Assembly (NCBI GenBank): GCA_963800175.1
Contig: CAWCZS010000002.1
Coordinates: 960,328-1,024,327, forward strand
Length of the DNA stretch: 64,000 nt
Direction: 5' to 3'
Source: Candidatus Dormiibacterota bacterium
GTDB lineage: Bacteria > Chloroflexota > Dormibacteria > Aeolococcales > Aeolococcaceae
Below the pieces are notes generated by a model. That model did not search any database. It saw nothing but the letters and a program-made list of their open reading frames with translations, and was not told the DNA's origin. Shown here one piece after another: positions 63,029 to 64,000 of this stretch. The translations under genes and the position numbers were made by a program. Position 1 is the stretch's first letter. Each line of letters begins with the position of its first letter.

Positions 63029-63712
63029 ATGGCGTCGCACCCGGTCCTCAACTTCAGCACCACCGACTTCCTGGAGGGTATGCCGCGCGCGAGTTGTGAG
63101 CAGATTCTTGTGAACAGCACAAAGATCAGGTATGCCGCCGGGACGATCGCGTTTCAGCCTGGGGATCCCGACCGAGCGGACATCCTTGAAACCGGCTTCG
63201 CCCGCATCTACCTGTCCTCGTCTGAGGGGAGGCAGGCCACCATCAGGTACGTACACGCGGGAGAGTTGATGGGCGGGCTGCTCGTCATGGGCGCCACCTT
63301 CGACGGCTCCGTACAAATCGTGGTGAACTCGACGGTGATCCACCTGGACCTTCTCGCCGTGCGTCGACGAGTTGTCGCGGATCCGGCGCTGGGAAAGGCC
63401 GTCGCAGCGGATCTCGCCATGCGGTATTCCCATGCCGTCCGTACGATCGGCCTTCACGCCTTCGGATCCGTCATGCAGCGCGTCGCGTTCGATCTCTTAG
63501 AGCGGGCCAGCCGGAGCCAATTGTCCACCGGCCTGCTCGAGGCGGAGGTGTCCCAACAAGAGATCGCCGAAGGGATCGGATCGGCCCGCCAGGTCGTCAC
63601 TCGGGGCTTGGCTGAATTGCGGTCGCGAAGTCTGGTCGCGACAACCCATCGCCGCGTCAGGATTCTCGATCCGGTGCGTCTGGAGGCGCTGGCCCTGTCG
63701 AATCTCGTCTGA
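63029..63712 (+). CDS. Crp/Fnr-family transcriptional regulator
   Basis: cNMP-binding-like beta-roll N-terminus and a C-terminal HTH (QQEIAEGIGSARQVVTRGLAELRSRSLV). Confidence 0.8.
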   Translation: MASHPVLNFSTTDFLEGMPRASCEQILVNSTKIRYAAGTIAFQPGDPDRADILETGFARIYLSSSEGRQATIRYVHAGELMGGLLVMGATFDGSVQIVVNSTVIHLDLLAVRRRVVADPALGKAVAADLAMRYSHAVRTIGLHAFGSVMQRVAFDLLERASRSQLSTGLLEAEVSQQEIAEGIGSARQVVTRGLAELRSRSLVATTHRRVRILDPVRLEALALSNLV

Positions 63713-63850
63713 GGACCCAGCCCGTGGACCTGTCACCCAGGTGACATCAATTGCGCCGCGGTGCGCCCATCGTGGCGATGTGCGTGGTCATGGCACGCGC
63801 GAGCCCGACACTGATTCGACCACGGCTACGACGTGGTCAAGGAGGAACGA

Positions 63851-64000
63851 TGCCCGTCTCCCACGCAACTGACCTCGCCGACCAGGTCGAGCGCGCCAAC
63901 ACGAGCGGCCTGACTCCGGTGGTATTCATCCACGGCCTCTGGCTGCTGCCGCACAGCTGGGACCGCTGGGCCACGGTGTTCGCGCAGGCGGGGTACGCGC
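63851..64000 (+). CDS. Alpha/beta hydrolase, 5' fragment at window edge
   Basis: VVFIHGLWLLPHSWDRW is typical of the N-terminal region of alpha/beta-fold hydrolases. The ORF runs off the window. Confidence 0.5.

Overview
This is a high-GC (~70%) actinobacteria-like chromosomal window. The strand switches and tight couplings show it is densely packed with operons. In order, it holds:

- an Opp/Dpp-family ABC importer next to a GH3 beta-glucosidase
- three consecutive c-di-GMP signalling genes: a membrane GGDEF sensor, a FIST sensor and a GAF-GAF-GGDEF-EAL protein
- two paralogous type-1 copper (cupredoxin) proteins flanking a DUF2252 gene and a Pr6Pr membrane protein
- a complete aa3-type cytochrome c oxidase structural and biogenesis cluster (cupredoxin-like protein, ctaC, ctaD, ctaE-like, ctaG, tlpA, ctaB)
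- a large secreted S8/S53-type peptidase carrying IPT/TIG and three novel tandem repeats
- a CUT1-type sugar ABC system whose MalF-like permease carries an inserted beta-sandwich domain
- a GntR regulator, mgsA, a DHA2-type MFS gene, a Vgb-like beta-propeller fused to a polytopic membrane domain, qor, and a polar amino-acid ABC system
- housekeeping genes: mmsA, an SDR, an M20 peptidase, eno, a Cys/Met PLP enzyme, DUF3107-cysM-mec and der
- tRNA-Pro(GGG), followed by a ~9 kb segment bounded by ~176-bp direct repeats that include the 3' half of the tRNA. This segment looks like an integrase-less genomic island. It carries a NarL-type two-component system with an atypical sensor kinase and a translationally coupled MFS (LplT-like)/PlsC acyltransferase pair
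- a Crp/Fnr regulator and the start of an alpha/beta hydrolase

At least 25 otherwise well-conserved genes, including eno, ctaD and ctaB, are split across reading frames by single-base indels. Because essential genes are hit, systematic indel sequencing or assembly error is more likely than pseudogenisation. I therefore report merged gene spans and flag the frameshifts. I found no CRISPR array, integrase or transposase.
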